From IMG/VR virus record IMGVR_UViG_3300020044_007145, positions 1 through 26,676 of that record: DNA of 26,676 nt; one strand, given 5' to 3'. Numbering within the stretch: position 1 is the first letter of the stretch; each line of letters begins with the position of its first letter. A program made the translations under genes and the position numbers. The stretch is from a virus (taxonomy: Duplodnaviria; Caudoviricetes). Below the pieces are notes generated by a model. The model was not told where the DNA came from. It was given only the letters and a program-made list of their open reading frames with translations, and searched no databases. Of the stretch, positions 1 through 8,288 are shown piece by piece.

Positions 1-60
1 CCTAAATTAGAAAAGTTTATGAATCATTTGATGGAAAAGCATCAAAATAAGAAAAGGTAA
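1..60 (+). CDS. 3' end of a truncated hypothetical ORF (PKLEKFMNHLMEKHQNKKR*)
   Basis: Frame 1 is open from the window edge to TAA at 58-60 and is followed directly by TATTTAT and an ATG. Confidence 0.35.
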   Translation, partial: PKLEKFMNHLMEKHQNKKR

Positions 61-71
61 TATTTATTGGG

Positions 72-158
72 ATGGAATATCTAATTCAAGGATTACTTAC
101 AATCATTTCAACCTTTGCTGGTTATTTGTGGGGTTCAATATTATTCAACCCTTTATAG
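72..158 (+). CDS. 28-aa hydrophobic single-TM peptide
   Basis: Manual translation MEYLIQGLLTIISTFAGYLWGSILFNPL*; TATTTAT at 61-67 sits 4 nt before the ATG, as for several minus-strand genes. Confidence 0.4.
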   Translation: MEYLIQGLLTIISTFAGYLWGSILFNPL

Positions 159-186
159 GGTCTGTATTGTATAAAAAAATTACTCA

Positions 187-396
187 TTAGTCCTCTACTT
201 CAATATCAGACCAACGAGCATTTGATGCCATAGGATTTTTCATACCCGCCCAAATCTTACTGATTGCCGAGCGTCCAACTTTATATTTTTTTGCGATTTG
301 TTCGTGAGTGTAGAGTTTCTTTCCGTTCTCCTCACGAGTATCAAGTAAGATTTTAATTCTTCTTACTTGAGTTGGTGATAATTTTTGTCGTCCCAT
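187..396 (-). CDS. Small helix-turn-helix DNA-binding protein
   Basis: KLSPTQVRRIK...THEQIAKKYKVGRSAISKI..G...W resembles the HTH found at the C-terminus of phage HNH endonucleases; paralog at 25790-26089. Confidence 0.7.
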   Translation of the reverse strand: MGRQKLSPTQVRRIKILLDTREENGKKLYTHEQIAKKYKVGRSAISKIWAGMKNPMASNARWSDIEVED

Positions 397-436
397 TTTG
401 TTTTGTGTAATTTAATAATGTCCCCGAAGGACAATA

Positions 437-467
437 ATAAATATACGACAAAATGAAAAAAATCAAA
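437..467 (-). promoter_or_regulatory. Putative promoter TTTG-N18-TATATTTAT upstream of the HTH gene
   Basis: Minus strand: TTTG (467-464), 18-nt spacer, TATATTTAT (445-437). A small TGTCC/GGACA hairpin (419-433) follows. Confidence 0.55.
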
Positions 468-469
468 TC

Positions 470-655
470 TTATTTCTTTTTTTGTTGGAAGGGTTGTCTC
501 AACAAAATGCGAGATTGTTCTGCGTGGTCTTGACAGATATTTCCTCTATCGGTAATGGAAGGAACTGCGGAGGTAAGCAAACGCCCGCCTCTACACCGAG
601 ATACATATCCCGCAAGCGATTCTCCTCTACGATATTGTGGTAAATAGTCATACAT
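470..655 (-). CDS. Small Cys-pair protein (P..GE....(F/Y)..RC...C module)
   Basis: PQYRRGESLAGYVSRC...RGNIC aligns by eye with protease aa 702-741 (YPSPGETEGDFIARC...LGRC). Confidence 0.65.
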   Translation of the reverse strand: MYDYLPQYRRGESLAGYVSRCRGGRLLTSAVPSITDRGNICQDHAEQSRILLRQPFQQKKK

Positions 656-660
656 AATTT

Positions 661-1227
661 TCAGTACCAGCAGTGGTTATTCCAAGAATATCTCATTCTA
701 CGACCAAGAACCAATCCACCAGCACGCATCTTCTCACGAGGGTCTGCGGGTTGTAATCCGTCATTAACCATATAGGTATAGAATGGATAATATAGGTTTT
801 GATTCCAATAAAGGAAATCATTTGCTCTTTGTGAGTAGTAGGAAGCTAAATCCTCCATTTGATTTTTCAAGGTTCTCCAAACAGATAAATCAACAGGATT
901 TGAGAACTCACTATTCTCTTGTTGGAGACCACGATTTGCGTATTTCGCCAAGAGGTTATTCGTTAGATAAACCCCCGTCCAATACAATACTACATTCTGT
1001 AGATATTCGTCCAATACAAGTTTCCAATCTGCGTATTGAGGTTGATTGATGTCTCCTGTGGTAATCAATCTATTCATCTCGGCAAACATTCTATCACCAA
1101 CCAAATCCATAACATTTATAAGGTGTGCTTGGTTAAGTGCTGGTTTGATGTTTCCACTCAACAGAGAATATTCAACAGGGAGGTTTTCCCTTACATAACT
1201 CTCATCAATATAATATACATACGCCAT
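661..1227 (-). CDS. Putative head-tail adaptor/connector
   Basis: 188 aa; its start overlaps the portal stop. The N-terminus YIDESYVRE...NIKPALNQAH...LVGDRMF resembles the proteins that follow the portal in Bacteroidota phages. Confidence 0.6.
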   Translation of the reverse strand: MAYVYYIDESYVRENLPVEYSLLSGNIKPALNQAHLINVMDLVGDRMFAEMNRLITTGDINQPQYADWKLVLDEYLQNVVLYWTGVYLTNNLLAKYANRGLQQENSEFSNPVDLSVWRTLKNQMEDLASYYSQRANDFLYWNQNLYYPFYTYMVNDGLQPADPREKMRAGGLVLGRRMRYSWNNHCWY

Positions 1228-2360
1228 TATTGAAAATCAGGTATTACAAGTTTGTTTATAATTTTTACAGGACGATTGTATTTCAACGCTAATAGACCCT
1301 CAAGTGCCATATTAACCTTTTTTAATCCTGGCTTGATTACCATCTCCATCATATGTTTTGTAGCAACCACGAGTTCCTCTGCGTTTTGTGAAAATGGATT
1401 ACTCCCGAATGTTTGGATTCCCAACAAAAGAGGGCTCGAGATTTGATTTGCGGTTAGAATACTTTGGACGCACATTTGTAGAACCTCTGTATAAAAACTA
1501 TCATTCCCTGTATTTGAGATTGTTTGTATCTCTGGTCTCCCTTCAGGAGTATCACTAAATGCGAGCATTACCTTCTGACCTGTCTTACCTTGATACGACC
1601 TCAAAAGCTCGTCATAGACGAGTTCTTTTTCCTCTGGTGTAGGAGAACCTATCAGAGACACAAAAAGGTTCGGCATAAGGGATGTAGCGATGTTCCTTTT
1701 ATGCCAGTCAAAAATCTCTGCTTCCAATACAGAAGCATTTACCCCACTTTGGAATGGAGTGATTGGGTAGTGTCTATTATCACTTGGGGAATATTGTTTC
1801 CAATAATAGATTTGACGAGCCTCACCTCTTCTATCTAAATCCAATCCGTGAAACTTGGTAATTTTTTTTGCCGACATATTCTGAATCTGCCAGTAATCAG
1901 AATAATAGAACCAGTCCATTTCCCTATCGTGTGCGTCGAAATCCTTTTTACCAACACGGATGTTTTGGAAAGGTAAGTGATAGATACTTTCTATTCCTGT
2001 GAAGTCCCGATTGGGTATTGTCTCTGTCGCCCAACCTCCAAATATCCAAAAATCATATAGTAATTTGTAATATAACTCTGAAATTGTTTCATATTTATTC
2101 ACCATTACATTTCCGAGACCTTGTATTTCAACACCATCACCGAAACTCATATTGACTTTAGAATCAATACAAACAGAGAGAACTGGTGAGTTCTCCTTAA
2201 CTTGAAGAAGGAATTGTGGGTAGTCATTATTAACATTCCCCCACATTATCCAAGGCTTATTTTTAACCTCCACTTCCATATTTTCCCTAACATCAAGACG
2301 ATTGATGCGGTAATCTATGGTGAAAGATTTTAGATTTAGATTTGATTCTGGGTTTTCCAT
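1227..2360 (-). CDS. Portal protein
   Basis: 377 aa; WIMWG..NDYPQFL....NSP....CIDSK....GDG, IYHLPFQNIR, and ILTANQISSPLLLGI match Bacteroidota phage portals. Confidence 0.8.
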   Translation of the reverse strand: MENPESNLNLKSFTIDYRINRLDVRENMEVEVKNKPWIMWGNVNNDYPQFLLQVKENSPVLSVCIDSKVNMSFGDGVEIQGLGNVMVNKYETISELYYKLLYDFWIFGGWATETIPNRDFTGIESIYHLPFQNIRVGKKDFDAHDREMDWFYYSDYWQIQNMSAKKITKFHGLDLDRRGEARQIYYWKQYSPSDNRHYPITPFQSGVNASVLEAEIFDWHKRNIATSLMPNLFVSLIGSPTPEEKELVYDELLRSYQGKTGQKVMLAFSDTPEGRPEIQTISNTGNDSFYTEVLQMCVQSILTANQISSPLLLGIQTFGSNPFSQNAEELVVATKHMMEMVIKPGLKKVNMALEGLLALKYNRPVKIINKLVIPDFQ

Positions 2361-2376
2361 ATTCTTATAAATATTC

Positions 2377-3698
2377 TTATGCTGTATTTATCGTTCCGTC
2401 GTTTAACATTCTTACAATTCTATTGTATCCCTGTCCGTTGATAAATACAAATGCTCCAACTCTGTATATTCTCGCAAAAGTATCTACAGCAATGACCTTT
2501 TGAGTTCCTTGTAAAGTGATATTGCTTATCGGTAGATATGTTCCCATATTGGAAACAAATGTCGTATCTGCCGTTAAACTTGGATAGTTAAATCTACCCA
2601 AACCTGTATTCACATAACCCGTTGATGTAATGTAAATATGAGCGTTTGTTTGGTCGTAATAAACACCATAAGGAATTGCTACCACAGGTAATGCTGTGGT
2701 TGATGTAATACGAACACCATTAACATCATACAATCCAACATATCCGTTGGTCTGTCCGTTTATTGTTCCAGCGTTCATTACAATAATGTAATCCCCATTT
2801 GTAGAGTTTTGGAATATACCATTTATACCAGCATTACCACCAGTTCCCCATAAAGCAGTATTCGCCCAAGTTGTAGAGTTCAATTCAACAATTCTGTTTG
2901 CGGCAATTCCATTATAGGTGGTAAATGTTCCCGCTACAATTAGGTTTCCATTTGTGTTAAAGAAACAATAGAACGGACTGGCAGGGAAACCACTACCGAA
3001 ATTATTTGCTTGTAGAACACCCGCACTATTGAATTGTGCTATTCTTGTTCTACCTAATCCCGCAACTTGAGTGAATTGACCCACAATAAACACATCGCCG
3101 TTTAATGGGTTAATACACAAATCCGTTATATTTCCATTTATGGTTTGAGGCGTCCATACATTCAATCCCGTTGTCTTATCAAGTTTAAGTATTCTTTGAC
3201 TACCACCCGCAGCAAAACTACCCCATACATATAAGTAATTTCCTGTTTGGTCTTCAAGCATTCCAAATATACCACCGCTGTATTGTAAGGTATTAGAACC
3301 AGCAGCAAATGTCGTATCAATAGCACCTGAACTATTGAGTTTCGCTAAACCCCAACTTGGAGTATTGTTGTATCCATAGAATAAACCACCAACGAAAATA
3401 GTTCCTGAACTATCAATATAAACCGCTTGACCTGTATTATCAAAACCTTCACCGATTACAAATAAGTTCGGGTTGGTTGGTGTAGGTGTTGGAGTCAAAG
3501 ATGATGTCGGAGATGGGGTTAAAGTAGATGTTGGTGTTGGCGATGGTGTATAACTCGCAGTTGGACTCAAAGTTGGTGTTGGGGTAGGAGTAGGTGTCTC
3601 CGTTGATGTCGGAGTTTGAGTGGTCGTTGGAGTTAATGTCGGAGTCGCAGTCGGTGATGCGGTCGATGTAGGTGTTGGAGTTGGTTGAGCAGACGAGG
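2377..3698 (-). CDS. P/T linker plus delta-60-like beta-propeller; probable C-terminal part of the 4211-start gene in the -1 frame
   Basis: This frame is open from 3780 to the stop at 2377. It carries repeated (I/V)xVxGxF....G....xxxLNxxG..D.tF blades. The TTG start at 3570 falls mid-linker and is implausible. Confidence 0.7.
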
Positions 3699-3762
3699 TT
3701 TTGGTGTTGGTGTTGTGGTGCTCGTTGGTGTTGGAGTTGTAGTGCTCGTTGGAGATGGGGTA
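3475..3762 (-). repeat. Pro/Thr-rich low-complexity linker coding repeat
   Basis: Many ACACCAAC/ACTCCAAC units on the minus strand encoding TPTPT. Confidence 0.85.
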
Positions 3763-4211
3763 GGAACAACAGCACCACCATCACTATAATAAATTACATT
3801 ATCAGCAACATTAGCAGGATTACCTGAATAATATTCTTGAGTTTTATCCCAAAATGAAAATGCTAATGAGTTCAATACCCTCACCGCATTATTTGGATTC
3901 AGATTAGAGGACGAGGCTTGTTCGTAAATACTTAACCAAAACTGATTCAAGTTAGGCATATAGATATTAACCACACTCGTTCCAGTTGGAGTTAGATTTT
4001 CAGGTAAGGTTGGAATTGTTGAGAACTCAAATACTTTGTATTTCCCCGCATATTGAGATGGGTATGTAGCAGTAATATCACGAGGTATGAAGTTTTTGAT
4101 ATTCATCCCTTGTGAGTTCTGTAAGTTCCATAAAAAAGTTGGGGTTGTGCCAGTCGCAGAGGATACATCTACGAAAATCTTATTCAGAGCATTTTGTTCT
4201 ATGTAAATCAT
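3633..4211 (-). CDS. Putative virion structural protein (head completion-like), N-terminal part of a frame-split gene
   Basis: Globular MIYIEQN...FLWNL...LSIYEQ...NLNP domain, then a P/T linker that turns into out-of-frame-looking sequence after PTPK (~3700). Confidence 0.6.
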   Translation of the reverse strand: MIYIEQNALNKIFVDVSSATGTTPTFLWNLQNSQGMNIKNFIPRDITATYPSQYAGKYKVFEFSTIPTLPENLTPTGTSVVNIYMPNLNQFWLSIYEQASSSNLNPNNAVRVLNSLAFSFWDKTQEYYSGNPANVADNVIYYSDGGAVVPTPSPTSTTTPTPTSTTTPTPKPRLLNQLQHLHRPHHRLRLRH

Positions 4212-4225
4212 TCTCTATAAATACT

Positions 4226-5299
4226 TTATAATTTCTTGGTTATAGATGAGTAATTACGAGTAAAACCATCATCTGCTGCGTTCCAAACATTTCCGTCATA
4301 TGAATATGAAATTAAGTAATTTCCCGCTTGATAATTACCCACTAAAAACTTTTCACCATCAAACATTACGGCGTAAAATTGTCTTGAACCATTATCATAC
4401 AAACTTGAAATATTACTACAGGGAGACCAGTTTATACCATCAGTAGAATATTGAATTACATCATTAGTTAAATTGGGCTCAACTCTACCCGTAGCAACCC
4501 AAATACCATTACCATACACAACACTATACATTTGGTAGATGCCCGTAGAAGAAGTTGAACCTGATGAGAAATTAATACCATCTGTAGAATACCAAAAAAA
4601 CGGAACAGAACCACTAACAAAGACAGCGACCCATTTACCATTCCCATATTCAATCCCAAGTATAGAATCAGTCCCACTTGAAAATGGAAAATTACAATTA
4701 GTCCAAGTAAAACCATCACTAGAATATTTCAGAGGATTATAGGGTGCTTGACCTGGTGCTGCGTGCCATAATCCACCTCCGTAATTTATTTCGCTTATCT
4801 GATAAGTTTGAGATATACTCATACCTGAAATAATTGATAAACCACTCCAACTCAATCCGTCATAAGAATAAATTGAAGGTGATGTTAAATTATTAACAGC
4901 ACCCACAATTATAAACTTTGTCCCGTCCCAATCCATTCTACCAGGTATTCCTGTAGAAAAATAAGGTAGGGAAACTTGAGTCCAATCAAATCCATCATAG
5001 GAATAATATATGCTTGAAGTTCCTAATTGACCTGAAGTAGTCCAAAATCTATCATTAATCCAAACGCACTCTTGGAAAGGACTTGTAGTTCCAGTATTAG
5101 GAAAATTGGTAGTTCCACTAAACCAATTAAATCCATCATAAGAATACGATAATTTTTGATATGGGTTTCCACTTCCATAAGCGATATAAATCGCATCCAT
5201 ACCTAATGAAATCTGTGGCGTCCAACCCCCAAAATTATATTGAGTATCATTATTGATGAAATGTTCCTCTAATGATTTATTAAATCTATTGTCCGCCAT
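4226..5299 (-). CDS. Asp-box (BNR-like) beta-propeller virion protein
   Basis: Seven YS(Y/S/T)DGxx(W/F) repeats: YSYDGFNW, YSYDGFDW, YSYDGLSW, YSSDGFTW, YSTDGINF, YSTDGINW, YSYDGNVW. Confidence 0.75.
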   Translation of the reverse strand: MADNRFNKSLEEHFINNDTQYNFGGWTPQISLGMDAIYIAYGSGNPYQKLSYSYDGFNWFSGTTNFPNTGTTSPFQECVWINDRFWTTSGQLGTSSIYYSYDGFDWTQVSLPYFSTGIPGRMDWDGTKFIIVGAVNNLTSPSIYSYDGLSWSGLSIISGMSISQTYQISEINYGGGLWHAAPGQAPYNPLKYSSDGFTWTNCNFPFSSGTDSILGIEYGNGKWVAVFVSGSVPFFWYSTDGINFSSGSTSSTGIYQMYSVVYGNGIWVATGRVEPNLTNDVIQYSTDGINWSPCSNISSLYDNGSRQFYAVMFDGEKFLVGNYQAGNYLISYSYDGNVWNAADDGFTRNYSSITKKL

Positions 5300-5300
5300 C

Positions 5301-5837
5301 TTAACAAGTATAAGTGTCTATAATCTGCCCCGTTGAATCAATTTGGAAAGCGTATCCCTGACCTACTCCACCGACCTTGAGAGCAACCCAATTACCTCCT
5401 CCGTTCGTTGGAGATGATGGATATGCGTCGTAGATATAATTTCCAACTATAAGAGCTGATAAAGGTTTCAATCCAACATAACCACGAGCGGTTAAGTAAT
5501 TAGCACAAGCGCTAATTCCGTCAGGTTGGTCTGGTGTAGTCCTACCCAAATAGGTATAAACAATCGTAGAAGGGGTTGAGGTCTTCGTAGGGGTATTTGT
5601 TGGGGTCTTGGTAGGTGTCGGACTTGGGGTCTTCGTATTCGTTGGAGTAGGGGTTGGTGTTGTCCTTGTTGAACTCGGAGTTGGAGTTGGAGTTTTTGTT
5701 GGAGTGATTGAGGGAGTTGGAGAAGGAGTTGGGTCTGGTTCCAAAACAATAGCGGGAACATATCCCCCATAGTTATAAACATACTCCCCTTGAAAGTAAG
5801 TTCTCTCCAATGCTTTTTGTTTAGGATTGTAGCTCAT
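5301..5837 (-). CDS. Putative decoration protein: N-terminal anchor, P/T linker, Cys-bracketed C-terminal domain
   Basis: N-terminus shared with 4226-5299; TPTPT linker; ends in a SAC...FQIDSTGQIIDTYTC domain. Confidence 0.65.
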   Translation of the reverse strand: MSYNPKQKALERTYFQGEYVYNYGGYVPAIVLEPDPTPSPTPSITPTKTPTPTPSSTRTTPTPTPTNTKTPSPTPTKTPTNTPTKTSTPSTIVYTYLGRTTPDQPDGISACANYLTARGYVGLKPLSALIVGNYIYDAYPSSPTNGGGNWVALKVGGVGQGYAFQIDSTGQIIDTYTC

Positions 5838-6066
5838 TTGCTAATCTAATATTCAACTCGTCAATCAATTTATTTACATCAACATCACCACACACACCAA
5901 CCTCATATTCTCGTGTGAATAATGTTATATCGTCTCTGAAAAAATCTACTATTATAAATAGTTTGGAATTATCAAAATCCAATCGTAATTCTCGTTGTTT
6001 ATACCGATTACAATAAACAACCTCCGTCCCATTTCTTACTTTAAGGTCTTTTTTGATTTCCAACAT
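5821..6066 (-). CDS. Hypothetical protein, 81 aa
   Basis: Co-oriented ORF that fills the gap and overlaps the next start. Confidence 0.6.
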   Translation of the reverse strand: MLEIKKDLKVRNGTEVVYCNRYKQRELRLDFDNSKLFIIVDFFRDDITLFTREYEVGVCGDVDVNKLIDELNIRLANELQS

Positions 6067-6071
6067 AGGCT

Positions 6072-6100
6072 AAAAAAAAGGGGGGTTTTATCCCCCCTTC
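6072..6100 (-). terminator. Intrinsic terminator after the tail tube gene
   Basis: Minus strand AAGGGGGG-ATAAAA-CCCCCCTT followed by a T-tract. Confidence 0.85.
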
Positions 6101-6119
6101 AATTATTATAGGTTATTGA

Positions 6120-6698
6120 TTACTCTCTATCAAGAGTGATGTTAGAGTTCGCAGCCAACCACGCAGTTAGAGTTCCAGATATTGACATCTGTGGAACAGA
6201 AATGGTAGAATTAGAAGTCAAGGTCAGCGTGTAAAGCTGAGAATCTCCTGGCAGACTGCCAGATGCGATAGTCGCAGATTCAATAAACATACCGCCAGGA
6301 GCAGCCAAGAAATACTTTCCTGTCTTCAACTTAACGATGAAGTAAGATTCGGTATTCTGAACGATTTCCTGATATAGGTTAGTAGCATCTTGGTTAAGAC
6401 CAGGGATTGTGAAGATAAGTTGAGTGTTGTAGGTGAAACCTAAACTCTCCAAATTGATTGAGGTGCTCTCGTTCAACGCAGCGGATGAATTACGAACAAT
6501 ATCAACTTTCTTAAACTCCAATCCTGATGATGCTCCACTTATAGCAATTACCTCTCCAGTTCCAGAGTAGGTGATTGCGTCTAAAGAACAGGTAGTTCCT
6601 GTTCCTGAAGTCAGCACATACAGAGAGTCGAGCCCGGGAACATTATTGACGCACGATGAGAGCTCCAACCCGTTTGTAATACAGCAATTATAGGACAT
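6120..6698 (-). CDS. Major tail tube protein (putative)
   Basis: 192 aa directly after the capsid gene. The N-terminal C..T.G..L..C....G...LY pattern and YTLTL near the C-terminus resemble Bacteroidota siphovirus tube proteins. Confidence 0.65.
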   Translation of the reverse strand: MSYNCCITNGLELSSCVNNVPGLDSLYVLTSGTGTTCSLDAITYSGTGEVIAISGASSGLEFKKVDIVRNSSAALNESTSINLESLGFTYNTQLIFTIPGLNQDATNLYQEIVQNTESYFIVKLKTGKYFLAAPGGMFIESATIASGSLPGDSQLYTLTLTSNSTISVPQMSISGTLTAWLAANSNITLDRE

Positions 6699-6729
6699 TT
6701 TTATATTATTTTAATCAAATGTTTATTTT

Positions 6730-7665
6730 TTAGGAAGCATATACAACCTGTGAGCCGAAAGCAACCGCAGAGCCCAATTTCATAGCCAACTTCAATCTAA
6801 CTTGTTGGAAGTCGTTAGACCACCAACTCACGGGACTTGTAATATCTGAAAGTAAATCGGTGCCATAAAGCAAATTATCAGGATTCGTTAAAACCATATG
6901 TCCTGCTGCGATTTCAGTTGAAATAGCAATAACATTAGTGAATGGGATTTGGATTGCCATTTGTCCGTTTGCCAAAGTGATAGGGTCAAAGTGGTAAAGG
7001 TTCTGGTTTCTCAAAGCTAATTGAAGAGCTTGGAAGTCAGAGTGAGTCAATGCCATAATAGTCGTAACTGGTTTCAACGGGTCAGGAAGTGAAAGGATGT
7101 AGCTGTCTGACACGGAAACTGCGTTCTGTGCGGTCATAGCTGTATAATTGACATTTACAACATCACCTGAAATAGCAGCACTCTCAAGTTGCTCCAATAC
7201 ACCACTACAACCTTCAACAGCTGTAGTTGAGTTCCAGAAGCGTCTTGAAGCATATACATTAGCTTTCTTTGAGATGTCATTAGCAAAAGCTTCTTCAACA
7301 CCAGCACCTGCTGATTCGTTGTAAGAACCTGGAGCTAATCTGATAGACATAATGGTTCTATCCAAGTCAGCAGGACACCAAGATTTCTCGATGTTATACT
7401 GACATACACGGAGTTCAACCTCCGACATTACGATTGTTCCTCCTGTGAAAGAACATCCGTTGCCAGGTGTAGCGATAGTATCAATATCACCAGTCTCGAA
7501 TACAGGAACTAACTCACCGAACTTGATGTTAGGCATAACCTTATAGAATTGTGCCTCTGTAGTATCCATAACGATTTTGTGTAGAAGCTCGTCTGCGTTT
7601 GCGTTCAAGTAGTCAGACATAGCATTAGTATCAAAATCAAATGCGAAAGATTTTAGATTTCTCAT
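6730..7665 (-). CDS. Major capsid protein (HK97 fold inferred)
   Basis: 311 aa from MRNLKSF (ATG 7665, A-rich leader); follows the scaffold. Motifs GCSF, C..DL, NLLYGTDLLSD and WWSND...VR. Confidence 0.8.
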   Translation of the reverse strand: MRNLKSFAFDFDTNAMSDYLNANADELLHKIVMDTTEAQFYKVMPNIKFGELVPVFETGDIDTIATPGNGCSFTGGTIVMSEVELRVCQYNIEKSWCPADLDRTIMSIRLAPGSYNESAGAGVEEAFANDISKKANVYASRRFWNSTTAVEGCSGVLEQLESAAISGDVVNVNYTAMTAQNAVSVSDSYILSLPDPLKPVTTIMALTHSDFQALQLALRNQNLYHFDPITLANGQMAIQIPFTNVIAISTEIAAGHMVLTNPDNLLYGTDLLSDITSPVSWWSNDFQQVRLKLAMKLGSAVAFGSQVVYAS

Positions 7666-7691
7666 TTTAATAGTTTTTTTATTTAATTTTT

Positions 7692-8243
7692 TTATTTTCT
7701 CATTCTCTCTTTCCACTCTTTCAATACTTCGTATCTGTGGTCGGTTGAGAATGCGTTTGTTATTAGTTTATCCTCCTTTAATGGAGTGTAAGCCGAGGAC
7801 TTCTTAAAGGTCTCGTAATCTTTTTTGAGTTCAGCCATCTCTGAAGATTGCTTCTCAAATGCGAATAACACATCGTGAATAGCAGCTTTCAACTCTGCGA
7901 TTTTAGCTGATTCCATCATTTCTTTCTGGTCGCCAGTTTCAACTTCAACTTCGATTACAGGTGCCTCTTCAGAACCTTCTTGTCTTATCTCAACTAACTT
8001 ACCTTCTTCATCTGTGATGAATAATCCACCATCTCCTGCGAGTTTGTGTTCTCCTGCTCCAACGATTGTGAAAGTCCCGTCTTCGTTCTTGATTGCGATT
8101 ACATCACCAATCATAAACTCACCTTCAGTTTGGTTAGAGATGATTACTCCACCTTCTAATTCTACTTCAGCGAACTTGTGTGATGATGAAAAAGTAAATC
8201 CAACTAAATCAGCGACTTTTTGTAAGATTTCAATATTTTTCAT
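7692..8243 (-). CDS. Capsid scaffolding protein
   Basis: Acidic 183-aa protein between protease and capsid; GEHKL..G....T.EEG.LVEI motif and a C-terminal coiled coil. Confidence 0.65.
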   Translation of the reverse strand: MKNIEILQKVADLVGFTFSSSHKFAEVELEGGVIISNQTEGEFMIGDVIAIKNEDGTFTIVGAGEHKLAGDGGLFITDEEGKLVEIRQEGSEEAPVIEVEVETGDQKEMMESAKIAELKAAIHDVLFAFEKQSSEMAELKKDYETFKKSSAYTPLKEDKLITNAFSTDHRYEVLKEWKERMRK

Positions 8244-8288
8244 ATTTTTTTCTTTTTGTTTATTTTGTTTATAAATAGTGAATAAAAA

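Noticed and set aside
3475-5735. Tandem-like repeats as a CRISPR array or DGR template/variable repeat
   Set aside because: They are degenerate codon repeats for P/T linkers; there are no identical repeats with spacers, no adenine-specific mismatch pair and no reverse transcriptase.
7666-7716. Longer capsid start (MERENEK...) in the ORF track
   Set aside because: It overlaps the scaffold gene and translates an A-rich leader; ATG 7665 is more plausible.
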